From: Cyanophyceae cyanobacterium | GTDB lineage: Bacteria; Cyanobacteriota; Cyanobacteriia; Cyanobacteriales; JBHJGN01 | DNA length: 64,000 nt | Assembly (NCBI GenBank): GCA_050331735.1 | Contig: JBHJGN010000014.1 | Span: 1-64,000 of the forward strand | Direction of reading: 5' to 3' | In this document: positions 39,725 to 50,327 of the stretch, piece by piece | Layout: every line of letters starts with the position of its first letter | Numbering within the stretch: the stretch's first letter is position 1 | The notes under the pieces: model-generated | Databases searched by the model: none | Seen by the model: only the letters and a program-made list of their open reading frames with translations | What the model was told of the DNA's origin: nothing | Made by a program: the position numbers and the translations under genes

Positions 39725-41720
39725 CCACGATGTCTAGTCGGGTAAACTGACGTAGAGATTCTAGCTCGATGATTTTTTGCTTAGCTTGATAGTAAGCCTG
39801 TAAGTAGTACTGCCAATCTTCCGGTGCCGTTTGTGGATCGAGCTGTTGCCACCGTTCGTAGCAGTACCGCTTATGTTTTTCACAGGCCACCTGTTCTAAG
39901 GCAGCGATCGCTGCTTGAATCAGTAAAGGAGTGCGGTTGAGGTTTTCTTGCGTGGCTTCGTCAAGATAAAAGAGATGAGCGACCTGAGCGAGAGACTCGG
40001 AAAATTGCAGACTGCGCTGTAGCTCATCGAGCAGCATCACTGTCTTGTCTGCTTTCTCCATCCCCTCCCGGACCGCCTGAGAGGCTCTCGTCTCCGCTTC
40101 AACTTCTAAGATCTGCTGCCACAAAAACCGATGATGGGAGAGGCTAAATAGCAAATCTTTTTGTTCTAAAGACTCGACAATGCCTCGGCGAGTTTCGGGA
40201 CAGTGAAGATACAGCCGCAGCAGTAACGCTTCCGCCTGTTCTAGCCGCGAGCGTTCTGCCGAGAACGGAAGCGCCCGAACTTCCTGACTAGCAGCCGGTT
40301 GACCAGCGCCATGACGCTCAGAACGAGGAGGGGATGAGGCGGGCTGGCGAGGTTTTTGCTGAGTTCCTCGCTGCTTGTTGACCTGGAGGCGAAGATTGTC
40401 CTCTAGCTGCTTGAAGTACTGGGCATCTCCCTGACTCAGACGGTCGGCGCACTCTGCAATGTAGTAGATGCGTAATTCATTGCTATCAAGTTTACTCAAC
40501 AGCTTCACCATCGCGATGATCGCCTGCTGAAACTGGTCCGCCTGCTTAAGATCTCGCTCTGCCAATAGCTGATCGAGCTGCCAGTCTAGCCACAGAGGAG
40601 CCGCATCGAGCTGCTGGCGATACTGCTCCGCTGCCTGGGGGGAAGAGCGGAGAAATTCGTCCGCATCTTTGCCGCCGGGCAGATTGAGGACGCGCACCTG
40701 AACCTGACCAGAATAGATCAGCGGCTCAATTTCGGCAATGGCACGCTGCGTTGCCACCGTGCCAGCGCGATCCGCATCAAAATTGAACACAATCTGTTTA
40801 GAATCGGTGTAGCGCAGCAGTTGTTTGAGCTGAGCTTGGCTCAGGGCCGTCCCCAAAGACGCGACCGCATTCGTGATGCCGGCGGTATGGAGAGCGATCG
40901 CATCAAAATACCCCTCCACCACCACGGCGCGATCCTGCTTACTGATGCTGCGTTTAGCGCGGTCGAGGGCAAACAGGGTTTTGCCTTTGTCGAAGAGGGG
41001 CGTATCTGGGGAATTAAGATACTTTGGCTCTTCTCCGGTGAGGGTTCTGCTGCCGAAGCCGATAATTCTCCCCTGGGCATCGGCGATGGGAATGATAATG
41101 CGATCGCGGAAGCGGTCATAAAAGCCTCCGCCGGACTTACGGGCTTTAACTAACCCGGCTTGTTCCACTAAAGCAGACGAGTAGCGCTTTTGCTCCACCA
41201 GATAGCGGTAGAGCGTTTCCCAGCCAGAAGGGGCGTAGCCTAAGCCAAAGACCTCAATTTCTGCCTCAAGCTGGCGCTGCTTGAGATAGTGGCGGGCGTT
41301 TTCTCCCGAGGGCTGGCGCAGAGCATGCTGGTAGAAACTAGCGCTGAGCGCCATCACTTCATATAGTTGGTCCCGTAGGCTAAGCTGACGCTGGAGTTCC
41401 TGGCGCTGTTCCGGTTCGAGGGTTTTGAGCGGAACCTGATAGCGGCGAGCCAACTCAAAGACCACTTCCTGGAACGACTGCTTACCGAGTTCCATGAGGA
41501 ATTTGAAGGCATTCCCGCCTGCCTGACAGCCAAAGCAGTAGTAAAGCTGCTTGCTGGGACTAACGCTAAAGCTGGGCGTTTTCTCCTCGTGGAACGGACA
41601 CAAACCGAGGTAGTCTTTGCCGCGCTTCCGCAGCACCACCCGTTCAGAGACAATATCAACGATATCAACCTGTTGCTTAACCTCTTCGATGGTGTCTGGG
41701 TGTAAACGAGGAGACTGCAT
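39714..41720 (-). CDS. dnaG: DNA primase
   Basis: CPFH..CFGC zinc finger, KYLNSP, VVEGYFD, FDAD and KDADE motifs. ATG at 41720 preferred. Confidence 0.97.
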   Translation of the reverse strand: MQSPRLHPDTIEEVKQQVDIVDIVSERVVLRKRGKDYLGLCPFHEEKTPSFSVSPSKQLYYCFGCQAGGNAFKFLMELGKQSFQEVVFELARRYQVPLKTLEPEQRQELQRQLSLRDQLYEVMALSASFYQHALRQPSGENARHYLKQRQLEAEIEVFGLGYAPSGWETLYRYLVEQKRYSSALVEQAGLVKARKSGGGFYDRFRDRIIIPIADAQGRIIGFGSRTLTGEEPKYLNSPDTPLFDKGKTLFALDRAKRSISKQDRAVVVEGYFDAIALHTAGITNAVASLGTALSQAQLKQLLRYTDSKQIVFNFDADRAGTVATQRAIAEIEPLIYSGQVQVRVLNLPGGKDADEFLRSSPQAAEQYRQQLDAAPLWLDWQLDQLLAERDLKQADQFQQAIIAMVKLLSKLDSNELRIYYIAECADRLSQGDAQYFKQLEDNLRLQVNKQRGTQQKPRQPASSPPRSERHGAGQPAASQEVRALPFSAERSRLEQAEALLLRLYLHCPETRRGIVESLEQKDLLFSLSHHRFLWQQILEVEAETRASQAVREGMEKADKTVMLLDELQRSLQFSESLAQVAHLFYLDEATQENLNRTPLLIQAAIAALEQVACEKHKRYCYERWQQLDPQTAPEDWQYYLQAYYQAKQKIIELESLRQFTRLDIVASE

Positions 41721-41802
41721 TGGGTTACGAAAGATACACGGTTCTATTTCAATTGTGTGACGGCATGGGAACTTTTGGCGAGCGATTGCTCTCTCTGGTT
41801 TC

Positions 41803-42345
41803 CTACAAAGGACGTTGCCAAGGCTCACTGTACTGCTGATACCCGACTCGCTTGAAAGTAGCAATCATGGGAATATTGTTGACGTCCGTATCACAAAACA
41901 CTCTCCAAACTCCTACCTCTTGCAGTATCTGCGTTCCTCTTAACAACAAATCAGTTCCAAAACCCTGTCCTCGGTACTGAGGCAAAACTCCAACGTAGTA
42001 AATCGTCGCTTCTTCTAATCCGTCCTTGGTACACCCCGGGTAAACGACGGGAAGAACGAAGCCAACGACTACATCACGATCAACACCAATTTGCCACCAG
42101 TCCTCTTGATAGAAAAATCCGTCTCTCGATTCAGCAACAAATTGTTCAGCAGCTTGGCGAGAACCCTGCTGTAATACTTTCTTTCGGTCACTAGCATCAA
42201 TCGATGATTCCATGACCTGAGCAATGGCTGTGAGGAGGACTTCATCCCTTGTTGCTTGAGGGGCTTTGAACTGCAATCGAGCAGAAATCTCAATCAATGG
42301 CTGAGGTTTCCAAACGAATGGCACTTTCCAGTAATGCTGTTCCAT
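41803..42345 (-). CDS. GNAT-family N-acetyltransferase
   Basis: VGVLPQYRGQGFG motif A; N.PMI..F..VGY. Confidence 0.88.
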   Translation of the reverse strand: MEQHYWKVPFVWKPQPLIEISARLQFKAPQATRDEVLLTAIAQVMESSIDASDRKKVLQQGSRQAAEQFVAESRDGFFYQEDWWQIGVDRDVVVGFVLPVVYPGCTKDGLEEATIYYVGVLPQYRGQGFGTDLLLRGTQILQEVGVWRVFCDTDVNNIPMIATFKRVGYQQYSEPWQRPL

Positions 42346-42497
42346 TCAATGTTACAGAGGCTCTACCCAGAGATGGAGCGCTGCGGGAAGTAAAAGGCGA
42401 TCGCATAAAACTCCCGACAGCTTCTGGCAAGGAGCATCAAAATATTCTACACTGTCTCGATGGGATCGAGCTGCTTACACCCTGGGGAGTCAACTGC

Positions 42498-44075
42498 ATG
42501 AGTCTGGAGTCTACTGTTGCTGAAGCAACAATCAAAGCTAATTTAGAGCAATTTCTGGTGGTTTTATCGGTTTCTTTGAGCGTTGCTACCGTTTCGCGTA
42601 TCTTTAGCTGGTTTCGCCAAATTCCCTATACGTTACTGTTAGTCATTGTCGGGTTAGGTCTAGCGTTTATTGACATTCGCCTTGTTAGTCTCTCCCCAGA
42701 ACTGATTCTAGAAATCTTCCTTCCGCCCCTGCTGTTTGAGGCTGCCTGGAATATTCAATGGCGAAATTTAAAGCAAAACTTGCTGCCCGTGAGTCTATTT
42801 GCCGTCGTCGGGGTGGTTATCTCGGTGCTTGGCATTGCTTTTGCCCTCAGTCGCTTTACCGATCTTCCTTTGGCCACTGCCCTGCTAGTAGGAGCGAGCC
42901 TTTCCGCCACCGATCCGGTTTCGGTTGTGGCCCTATTTCGAGAACTTGGTGCTGGCAAGCGGTTAACCATTCTCATGGAAGGGGAAAGTTTGTTTAATGA
43001 TGGGGTGGCGGTTGTCGCGTTTGTGCTGCTCGTTGGAATTCCTATGGGCGTACAAGATTTTTCTCTATCCACAACGATTGCCCAGTTTCTCGCCTTCGTC
43101 GGCATTGGCGTTGGCATCGGTAGCTTAATCGGCTTTGGCATTTCCTATCTCACTCAGCGCTTCGATTTACCCCTCGTTGAACAGTCCTTGACGCTCGTTT
43201 CTGCCTATGGAACCTATTTGGTCACGGAAGAATTAGGCGGTTCTGGCGTGATCGGCGTGGTGACCGTTGGCATTATTTTGGGTAACTTTGGCTCGCGGAT
43301 TGGGATGAATCCCCGGACTCGGCTGCTGGTATCGGAGTTTTGGGACTTTTTAGCCTTTTTTGTTAACTCTATTGTCTTTCTGTTGATTGGCGATCAAATT
43401 AAGTTCTCCAGCCTGAGCGATAATTTAGACCTAATTTTTGTGGCGATTCTGGCTGTTCTGATTACCAGAATTATCGTTATCTATGGCTTGGGCGGAATTG
43501 CGAATCTGTTTAGCCAAGACAAGATTAGCTTCCGGGAACAAACGATTCTGTGGTGGGGTGGCTTAAGAGGATCGGTGTCGATTGCGTTAGCCCTGAGCGT
43601 TCCAATTGCTATTGCTGGAAAGCAGGAAGTGATCGATACGGTGTTCGGCGTTGTTCTATTTACTCTCCTGGTTCAAGGCTTAACCACAAAGCTGTTTTTA
43701 GAATCCCTCGATTTAGTCGGCGATCAGCCGATCCGTCAGGAATACTCAGAACTACTGGCCCGTCGCGTTGCCTTAAGAAGAGTGCTGGAGTATTTATCTA
43801 AACTCGATGCTTCTCCTGAAGTCGAGTCCGAGTTCTATCGCTACGAACAGGAACTCGTCAAAGGACAGTTAGAAAGCGTTGAGGAAAATATTAGCAAAAT
43901 GCAGCGGGAAAATTCCCAGTTACTGTCTTTAGATATGGAACAGTTGCGGGAACGACTGCTCGACATTGAAGCCGACACCTATGCTGAATTTATTCGTTCA
44001 GGACGGTTAACTAAAAATTTATCCCCTCTGATGCAGGAAGTGTTAGCCAAAGCATCAGAGGATGAGATCGGATAG
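42498..44075 (+). CDS. Na+/H+ antiporter (CPA1, NhaP/NhaS1-like)
   Basis: FLPPLLFEAA, ATDPVSV, EGESLFNDG and GLRGSVS motifs. ATG at 42498 follows GGAG. Confidence 0.93.
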   Translation: MSLESTVAEATIKANLEQFLVVLSVSLSVATVSRIFSWFRQIPYTLLLVIVGLGLAFIDIRLVSLSPELILEIFLPPLLFEAAWNIQWRNLKQNLLPVSLFAVVGVVISVLGIAFALSRFTDLPLATALLVGASLSATDPVSVVALFRELGAGKRLTILMEGESLFNDGVAVVAFVLLVGIPMGVQDFSLSTTIAQFLAFVGIGVGIGSLIGFGISYLTQRFDLPLVEQSLTLVSAYGTYLVTEELGGSGVIGVVTVGIILGNFGSRIGMNPRTRLLVSEFWDFLAFFVNSIVFLLIGDQIKFSSLSDNLDLIFVAILAVLITRIIVIYGLGGIANLFSQDKISFREQTILWWGGLRGSVSIALALSVPIAIAGKQEVIDTVFGVVLFTLLVQGLTTKLFLESLDLVGDQPIRQEYSELLARRVALRRVLEYLSKLDASPEVESEFYRYEQELVKGQLESVEENISKMQRENSQLLSLDMEQLRERLLDIEADTYAEFIRSGRLTKNLSPLMQEVLAKASEDEIG

Positions 44076-44084
44076 GATAAGCGC

Positions 44085-45263
44085 TTACGCTGTCACAATT
44101 CCTTGTCCGGCAGCCCACTGACCAATATCAACCCGGCTAATGGCTGCTGCCATCAGGTCCGGAAACTGGTCAGGAGTACAGGCGAAGCTTGGTACACCCA
44201 GACTGGCAAAAGCTGCTGCGTTTTTGCCATCGAAACAGGGAGCTCCTTCATCGCTGAGGGCTAAGAGGGCAATCATCTGAACACCGGAAGCCACTAAGGA
44301 AGCCACCCGTTTGAGCATAGTATCGTTATTGCCGCCTTCGTAGAGATCGCTGATCAGCACTAAAATGCTCGCTTGCGGCTGACGTACGAGGCCTTGACAG
44401 TAGGAAAGTGCCCGGTTGATGTCGGTTCCGCCCCCCAACTGTGTTCCGAACAGAACATCCACCGGATCTTGGAGCAAATCGGTCAGATCGACGATGCTGG
44501 TGTCGAAGACAACAAGCTGAGTTTTGACAGCGGGGATCGAGGCGAGCACCGCGGCGAAGATGCTGGCATAGACGACAGAAGGAGCCATGGAGCCGCTCTG
44601 GTCTACGCAGAGCATGATATCTTTAAGCGCCGAGCGTTTGCGACCGTAGCCAATGAGGCGTTCAGGGATAATGGTGCGGTAGTTCGGCTGGTAGTGGTGG
44701 AGGTTGGCGCGGATAGTGCGGTTCCAGTCAATTTCACTGTGACGGGGACGATTGTTCCGCTGACTGCGGTTGAGGCTACCCATCACCGCCTGCTGCATCG
44801 GGGTTTGCAGCTTGCGCATGAGCTCATCTACCACGTTGCGCACGACCAGGCGGGCGGTTTCTTTCGTTTTTTCCGGAATGACACGGTTGAGGGACATGAG
44901 GTTGGCGACCAAGTGAACGTCCGCTTCAACCGCTGCGAGCATTTCCGGCTCTAGCAGCATCTGGTGCAGATTAAGACGCTCTAAAGCATCTTGCTGCATG
45001 ACGCGGACGGAACTGGGAAAGTAGCGCCGGATGTCGCCGAGCCAGCGGGCCACATTGGGAGCCGAGCGCCCCAGCCCCCCGCTTCTCCCCTCGCCTTCGC
45101 CATAAAGGGCTGCCAGTGCCTGATCCATCGCGCGATCGCCCGGTCTCAAGTTCAGGGCTCCTGGTTCAGGGCCGCTGTCACCAATTCCGTCGGCAGCTCC
45201 GCCGCCGAGAATCAGCCGCCAGCGTCGCAGGCGTTCGGTCTGAGATTCAGAAAACTTGCTCAT
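44085..45263 (-). CDS. yehP: VWA-domain protein (YehP/CoxE-like)
   Basis: RWRLILG, MIDAS DQSGSM, GGTDI and LISDLYEG motifs. ATGA overlap with the upstream gene. Confidence 0.85.
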   Translation of the reverse strand: MSKFSESQTERLRRWRLILGGGAADGIGDSGPEPGALNLRPGDRAMDQALAALYGEGEGRSGGLGRSAPNVARWLGDIRRYFPSSVRVMQQDALERLNLHQMLLEPEMLAAVEADVHLVANLMSLNRVIPEKTKETARLVVRNVVDELMRKLQTPMQQAVMGSLNRSQRNNRPRHSEIDWNRTIRANLHHYQPNYRTIIPERLIGYGRKRSALKDIMLCVDQSGSMAPSVVYASIFAAVLASIPAVKTQLVVFDTSIVDLTDLLQDPVDVLFGTQLGGGTDINRALSYCQGLVRQPQASILVLISDLYEGGNNDTMLKRVASLVASGVQMIALLALSDEGAPCFDGKNAAAFASLGVPSFACTPDQFPDLMAAAISRVDIGQWAAGQGIVTA

Positions 45264-47491
45264 GGTTTCGTCTCCGATAGCTGTAGACCCAGCAGTTGGG
45301 CAACTAGAGGCAGGGCGGTTCGGGCGCGATCGCCAGCGAACGTTGTCTGGGCTGCCGCTGGACGCTGCTGCGCTCCGACGCGGACTCGCTCCCCCATCTG
45401 CCGCCGCTCGGAGGGGGAGAAAGTGGAGAAAGTCCGCCGCAGCAGCGGCAGTAACGCGATGAATGTCTCGTCAGTGAGCTCAGTCACCCAGTCATCTAAC
45501 ACCTGCCACACGGCCTCGTCGTGGAGCAGGAGGAGTCCACTGCCCTGCAAGAACCCCTCGATCCAGGCTGCCGCTTGGGGGGGGTCAGTGGCTAGGGAGA
45601 GGGCCAGACCTAATTTGCGGGCGGCGACCTCGGCGGTCAGACTGCCTTCATCTAAGAGCAGTCGGCAGCACCGTCCGGCCACAAGACCGTGGAGGGCGAA
45701 GCGATCGCACAGCCGCAGCAGCACTGCTGACCACGTTTTGGCATGGTTCTCGTGCTGAAGCAGCTTAATCGCGCTGTGGGTGCGGTCAATCTCTTCGATC
45801 TTGGTCGCTGCTGCCTCATCGTCGAGGGAAGCGCAGGCTCCCGGCAATCCGATACAGATGCGCACCACCAGCCCGTCTACGATTTGGGTCACCACGGTGC
45901 TGTCGGTTTGGCGAACATCCCGATAGCGCAGGATGTTGACCAAGGGCGGCAAGGCCGCCATCAGATGCGTCACTTCGTTGGCCACCGCCGCCGCCGCCTG
46001 GAGTCGAGAGATGAGATGGGCGATCGCCTCGGGCAGGGCTGCCAACAGCACCCGCTCTAGGAGCTGAGTGAGGGGGGGCAAGTCAGGAGCTGCATCAGCT
46101 CGGTGGTGAGCACAAGCGCCGGCGGCAGCCGCTACCGTATTGCCCCAGCGTCCGGCTTCGATCGCGGCTAAACTCAGCTCGGGCTGCCAGCGGAGCTGCC
46201 AGCCTTCTTTAAAAGTGCCCTTGCCGCTGGTAGCCTGGGGAGTTCCCCACCCAATATTGAGCAGTAACAGACGATGAAGGAGCTGCGAGCGCTCGCGGTC
46301 GCGGGGCTGGCGCAGGTCTAGCGTCAGCAGTCGTTCGTTGGCTTCGGGCTTGAGGCGCAGCCGTTTTTGCAGGCGCTGGAGGTCTTGCTGGAGAGGAACC
46401 AGGGGGGTTGCCGCCGGAACTTGACCGAGGCGATCGCTGACGATGAGCTGTTGATAAATCAAGGTCATCGGCGACGCTTCCCCGAAGCAGAGGACGGTCT
46501 GAGCCGCCTCATTCAGCTCCTCTAGCCCCGGAATCGCCAAATGGCGCAGAGCCGCAAGTGCCTCGGCCAGACGCACTGCTTCGATGACGCTGGCGGAGGA
46601 GGCATCGAGGTCTTCTTGGCGCAGCAGTCTGGCTACCTGCGTCATCCAGCGGATGGTCGTCTGACTGGTTTGGCGAGACGAGCGTGACGATTTCCAGAGA
46701 TGGTGGTACCAGCCGGGAGACTCGATTCCCGCCCCGTAGCCGCTGCGACTGGATAGGCGCTCGTAGGTCCAGGGAATCCAGGTAGCCTGCACCTTGAGCT
46801 GGGGCAGTCCCTTCAGGAGAGCGCGATCTTGCTTGGAATTAGTGAGCGGTTCACTCAGGGCAGGACCGTGCCAAGCACCACAGACGACCGCAATCTTTGA
46901 AAATCCTTCCTGCTGGGCCTGCCGAATCGTGCGCCGCATGTAGGCTTCTCGCTGGGCCTCTCGCTCTCGGGGAGATGAATCCTGAACTTCCTCTCGTAGC
47001 GCCGTCATCGCTTCGAGAATAGCCTCAAAGAGAGCCGCGTCATTCTGGCGGTGTTCAACCATATGTTCCCACCAGCGTTCGCTGTCGCTGTAGCCTGCTG
47101 CCTCCGCCAGCCGGGAGAGCGGATCGACGGCAGCGGGTCGCTCTTCGAGAGACTGTTGGTTCCGCTGGGCTAGCTGGTGAGTTTGGGGAAGATCCATGAA
47201 GCGAACGGGTTTTTGGTGCTGAAGACCGTACTGAAGCGCTTGCCATTCCGGAGAGAACACGGCGAAGGGATAGTAGACAGCTTGGCTCAACTCATCGGGG
47301 GCATAGATCAGCAAAGCCACCGGGGGCTTCATGTCTGGTTGGGCGAGAAGGGAAAGGATCTCGTTGGCATCGGGAGGGCCTTCGACGAGAATCATGTCGG
47401 GCTGTAGCGCCTGGAGCGATCGCACGAGGCTGCGAGCCGACCCGGGACCGTGGTGGCGGATGCCAAAGATTTTAACGAGGGACTGAGACAT
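45260..47491 (-). CDS. yehM: YehM/DUF5682-like protein
   Basis: GIRHHGPGSA, VEGP, FSPEWQA, RE.YM, CGAWH and GYGAG motifs. Confidence 0.82.
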   Translation of the reverse strand: MSQSLVKIFGIRHHGPGSARSLVRSLQALQPDMILVEGPPDANEILSLLAQPDMKPPVALLIYAPDELSQAVYYPFAVFSPEWQALQYGLQHQKPVRFMDLPQTHQLAQRNQQSLEERPAAVDPLSRLAEAAGYSDSERWWEHMVEHRQNDAALFEAILEAMTALREEVQDSSPREREAQREAYMRRTIRQAQQEGFSKIAVVCGAWHGPALSEPLTNSKQDRALLKGLPQLKVQATWIPWTYERLSSRSGYGAGIESPGWYHHLWKSSRSSRQTSQTTIRWMTQVARLLRQEDLDASSASVIEAVRLAEALAALRHLAIPGLEELNEAAQTVLCFGEASPMTLIYQQLIVSDRLGQVPAATPLVPLQQDLQRLQKRLRLKPEANERLLTLDLRQPRDRERSQLLHRLLLLNIGWGTPQATSGKGTFKEGWQLRWQPELSLAAIEAGRWGNTVAAAAGACAHHRADAAPDLPPLTQLLERVLLAALPEAIAHLISRLQAAAAVANEVTHLMAALPPLVNILRYRDVRQTDSTVVTQIVDGLVVRICIGLPGACASLDDEAAATKIEEIDRTHSAIKLLQHENHAKTWSAVLLRLCDRFALHGLVAGRCCRLLLDEGSLTAEVAARKLGLALSLATDPPQAAAWIEGFLQGSGLLLLHDEAVWQVLDDWVTELTDETFIALLPLLRRTFSTFSPSERRQMGERVRVGAQQRPAAAQTTFAGDRARTALPLVAQLLGLQLSETKP

Positions 47492-47631
47492 GAGCGGCAA
47501 AGGGAACAAGTTGAGAGACTTCGTTGTTTGTTGACTAGCTTTTAGCTCTCAGCTTTCGGAACCTTGTTGAGAGTTGTGTTGGGGAAGAGCGCTTGCTTTA
47601 GTTCATCTAGATCGAGAGCGACTGAAGGGGC

Positions 47632-48771
47632 TTAGGTCAGGGCGCGGCAGGCGCGATACACGTCCTTCCAGCCGTCGCGTTCCTTGAGAACCGTCTCTAG
47701 ATATTCTTTCCAAACCACGGTATCCTGCACCGGATCTTTGACGACCGCGCCCTGAATCCCCGCCGCTAAATCTTCGCCGGTGAGGCGACCGTCTCCAAAG
47801 TGGGCCGCCAGCGCCAGACCGCTGCTGACTACTGAGATTGCCTCGGCAGTACTGAGGGTTCCGCTGGGAGATTTTAGTTTGCTTTTGCCGTCTTCGGTGA
47901 TGCCGTTCCGCAGTTCGCGAAAAATGGTCACGACGCGGCGAATTTCTTCTAGAGCCGGAGCTTCGGCAGGAAGTTCTAGGGCCCGTCCTAGACTAGCGAC
48001 TCGCTGATGCACAATTTGAACTTCTTCATCGGCACGACCGGGGACTGGCAGCACGACGGTATTGAAGCGGCGCTTGAGGGCACTGGACAGTTCGTTCACT
48101 CCCTTGTCGCGATTATTAGCCGTCGCGATCAGATTAAACCCTTTAACAGCCTGCACCTCTTCGCCTAGCTCGGCAATCGGCAAGGTCTTTTCCGATAGCA
48201 CGGTAATCAGGGTATCCTGGACATCGGCGGGCATCCGGGTTAGCTCTTCGACTCGGGCAATTTTGCCAGCGGCCATAGCCTTCATGAGCGGACTCTGAAC
48301 GAGCGCGTCCAGAGATGGTCCTTCAGCCAAGAGCTTGGCATAGTTCCAGCCGTAGCGGATGGCTTCTTCGCTGGTGCCAGCGGTGCCCTGAATGAGGAGC
48401 GTAGAGTCGCCGGAAATGGCGGCGGCGAGATGCTCAGATACCCAAGATTTGCCGGTGCCAGGAACGCCGTAGAGGAGCAGGGCGCGATCGGTGGCGAGGG
48501 TAGCGATCGCGACTTCCATCAGTCGGCGACTGCCAACGTATTTAGCCGAAATTTCTGTGCCGTCCGCGAGGGAACCGCCCATCAGGTACGTCGCTACGGC
48601 CCAGGGAGAGAGCTGCCAGTTGGGGGGACGCTGACGGTCATCCACCTCGGCTAAGGCAGCCAGCTCAGCCGCAAACTGCGCCTCGGCATGCTGACGCAGG
48701 ATGGTTGGCACTGAAGTTTGTTTAGCAGGAGCGGTTTTAGCGGTGCGAGGAGACTTTCTGGTAGTGGCCAT
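47632..48771 (-). CDS. yehL: MoxR-family AAA+ ATPase, YehL subfamily
   Basis: P..WQLSP.AV, Walker A GVPGTGKS, YGWNYA, Walker B RVEELTR, and SSALKRRFN. Confidence 0.9.
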   Translation of the reverse strand: MATTRKSPRTAKTAPAKQTSVPTILRQHAEAQFAAELAALAEVDDRQRPPNWQLSPWAVATYLMGGSLADGTEISAKYVGSRRLMEVAIATLATDRALLLYGVPGTGKSWVSEHLAAAISGDSTLLIQGTAGTSEEAIRYGWNYAKLLAEGPSLDALVQSPLMKAMAAGKIARVEELTRMPADVQDTLITVLSEKTLPIAELGEEVQAVKGFNLIATANNRDKGVNELSSALKRRFNTVVLPVPGRADEEVQIVHQRVASLGRALELPAEAPALEEIRRVVTIFRELRNGITEDGKSKLKSPSGTLSTAEAISVVSSGLALAAHFGDGRLTGEDLAAGIQGAVVKDPVQDTVVWKEYLETVLKERDGWKDVYRACRALT

Positions 48772-48777
48772 CGGTAA

Positions 48778-50325
48778 TTAGGGGGTAGAAGAGCAATCAA
48801 AATGGCAATCATTCTGTTGGCGATCGGCAAAAGCTTGACGAATTTCCAGGCGGAAGCGCAGACAGTCGTGCAGTTTATCTAAAGCCGTTTGCAAATACGT
48901 AGAGCGGTCAGCCCGGGGGGGAGCGATCGCCGGAGCGACCTCGGGGAGCAGATCAGGATGGAGGATTAGAGCAGTTTTTTTGAGGGAATCACCCAAAATA
49001 TAGCTTTTTTCCTTCATTTTGAGGAGGTGAAGCAGTTGTTCCCAGACCAAGCGGCTGAAACCTAAGCTAAAAGCCTGACGATTCTGAGCTGCTTGGTGCA
49101 GCCACGCCAGTAACGCTTGCTCCTCCGCTTGGGGTGGTAGGGTTGCTCGCAGAAGCTGTTCTCGTCGCTCTGGCTCAAGCAGGGCTAGTAAATTAGCCAA
49201 TAAATCAGCAAACTGCTCAGCTCCCTGGTCCCCAAATTGACTGACGAGGGCATCAGCCCAGTCCCGATGCTTCTGCTGGACGGCGGCTCGTCCCCAGCCC
49301 TCAACTAGTACGTCTCGCCATTCGCTGTTAGTCGCAGCTCGCACGGTGGCTGCCGGTTCAGGCCAAACGCCCAAGGACGTACTCGCCAGAAGCTGTTGCA
49401 ATCCCAGCGCTCGTTTTCCGGCCCCCTTAAAAAATTCAACATTGATGCCGTCCCGCGCCCAGTCTTTTTCAGCACTTTTAGGCAGCGTTACCTCAAGGCG
49501 CCAGTCTTCGCCATCGGGATGGAGCTGGACGTAAGTCTGCACCCGCTGCGCCATCCGCTGACAGAGCCTCGATTCTGGGAGCTGTACCAATAGCTCCACC
49601 GCTAGCTTCCGTACCCCCTGGGCCCGGTCATCCAGAGCGTTTTCCAAAAACGGCTCATCGGCCATCGACAGGTGATGGACTAGGGCGAGCATCAGTCCTT
49701 CCCGTGCCTCGGCAAGTTCTGATGTCCACGCGGCTTCTAGCGCCTGACGGGCCTCATCCGGCTCCACCTCGCGCCACCGCCGCAAATAGAGCGATCGCTC
49801 CATGAGGTTTCCCTGCTGCCACACTTGCTTGGGGGAGCCTAGGGTCACTTGCCCGCGACCGTAAGCCCAGGCCGAATTTTGCGCGGCTAACCACTGCCCT
49901 CGTTTTCCTAATACCGCCACGATCTGCGGGCGAAGCCGGATATTCTGTCTACCGAAGTGCAAAAGCTTGGGCAACCCTAGCTCCGGCACTCGCTCTCCGG
50001 CAGCCGCTATCAGCGTCAGCAGTTCTGGGAGGACCGCTGGATATTCCGTAAAGGCCCGGTCCAGGAGTTGAGCGGTACGGGCACTACAATGGGGCCGGTC
50101 ATCGAGAGGGCAGGGTTCAAAAAGCGGCAACTCCTGCGGGGTCGGACGCTGACCCACCTGACGATAGAGAGCGATCGCTCCCGCCGCTCCCAACAGAGCC
50201 TGCTCCGGCTGGCTCCAGTCTAGCTGATTCAGCAGGGACGTTAACTCACCATCGGTTCTAGAGAGCGTCGGCGTTTGCCGCTCTGTCCCCACTAGCGCTG
50301 TGCCGACCAGGCTTTGCCACTCCAT
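48778..50325 (-). CDS. DUF5691-like helical protein
   Basis: ALVGTER, LG.RG.WLA.QN..W, DEPFLE.ALDDR and W.RDGI motifs. ATG at 50325 lies 2 nt after the upstream stop codon. Confidence 0.75.
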   Translation of the reverse strand: MEWQSLVGTALVGTERQTPTLSRTDGELTSLLNQLDWSQPEQALLGAAGAIALYRQVGQRPTPQELPLFEPCPLDDRPHCSARTAQLLDRAFTEYPAVLPELLTLIAAAGERVPELGLPKLLHFGRQNIRLRPQIVAVLGKRGQWLAAQNSAWAYGRGQVTLGSPKQVWQQGNLMERSLYLRRWREVEPDEARQALEAAWTSELAEAREGLMLALVHHLSMADEPFLENALDDRAQGVRKLAVELLVQLPESRLCQRMAQRVQTYVQLHPDGEDWRLEVTLPKSAEKDWARDGINVEFFKGAGKRALGLQQLLASTSLGVWPEPAATVRAATNSEWRDVLVEGWGRAAVQQKHRDWADALVSQFGDQGAEQFADLLANLLALLEPERREQLLRATLPPQAEEQALLAWLHQAAQNRQAFSLGFSRLVWEQLLHLLKMKEKSYILGDSLKKTALILHPDLLPEVAPAIAPPRADRSTYLQTALDKLHDCLRFRLEIRQAFADRQQNDCHFDCSSTP

Positions 50326-50327
50326 GC

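Noticed and set aside
42297..42497. N-terminal extensions given in the ORF track (antiporter here; also dnaG, lpxC, the DUF5691-like gene and the ABC exporter)
   Set aside because: They overlap neighbouring genes or lack family similarity. Downstream starts fit RBS position and domain boundaries better.
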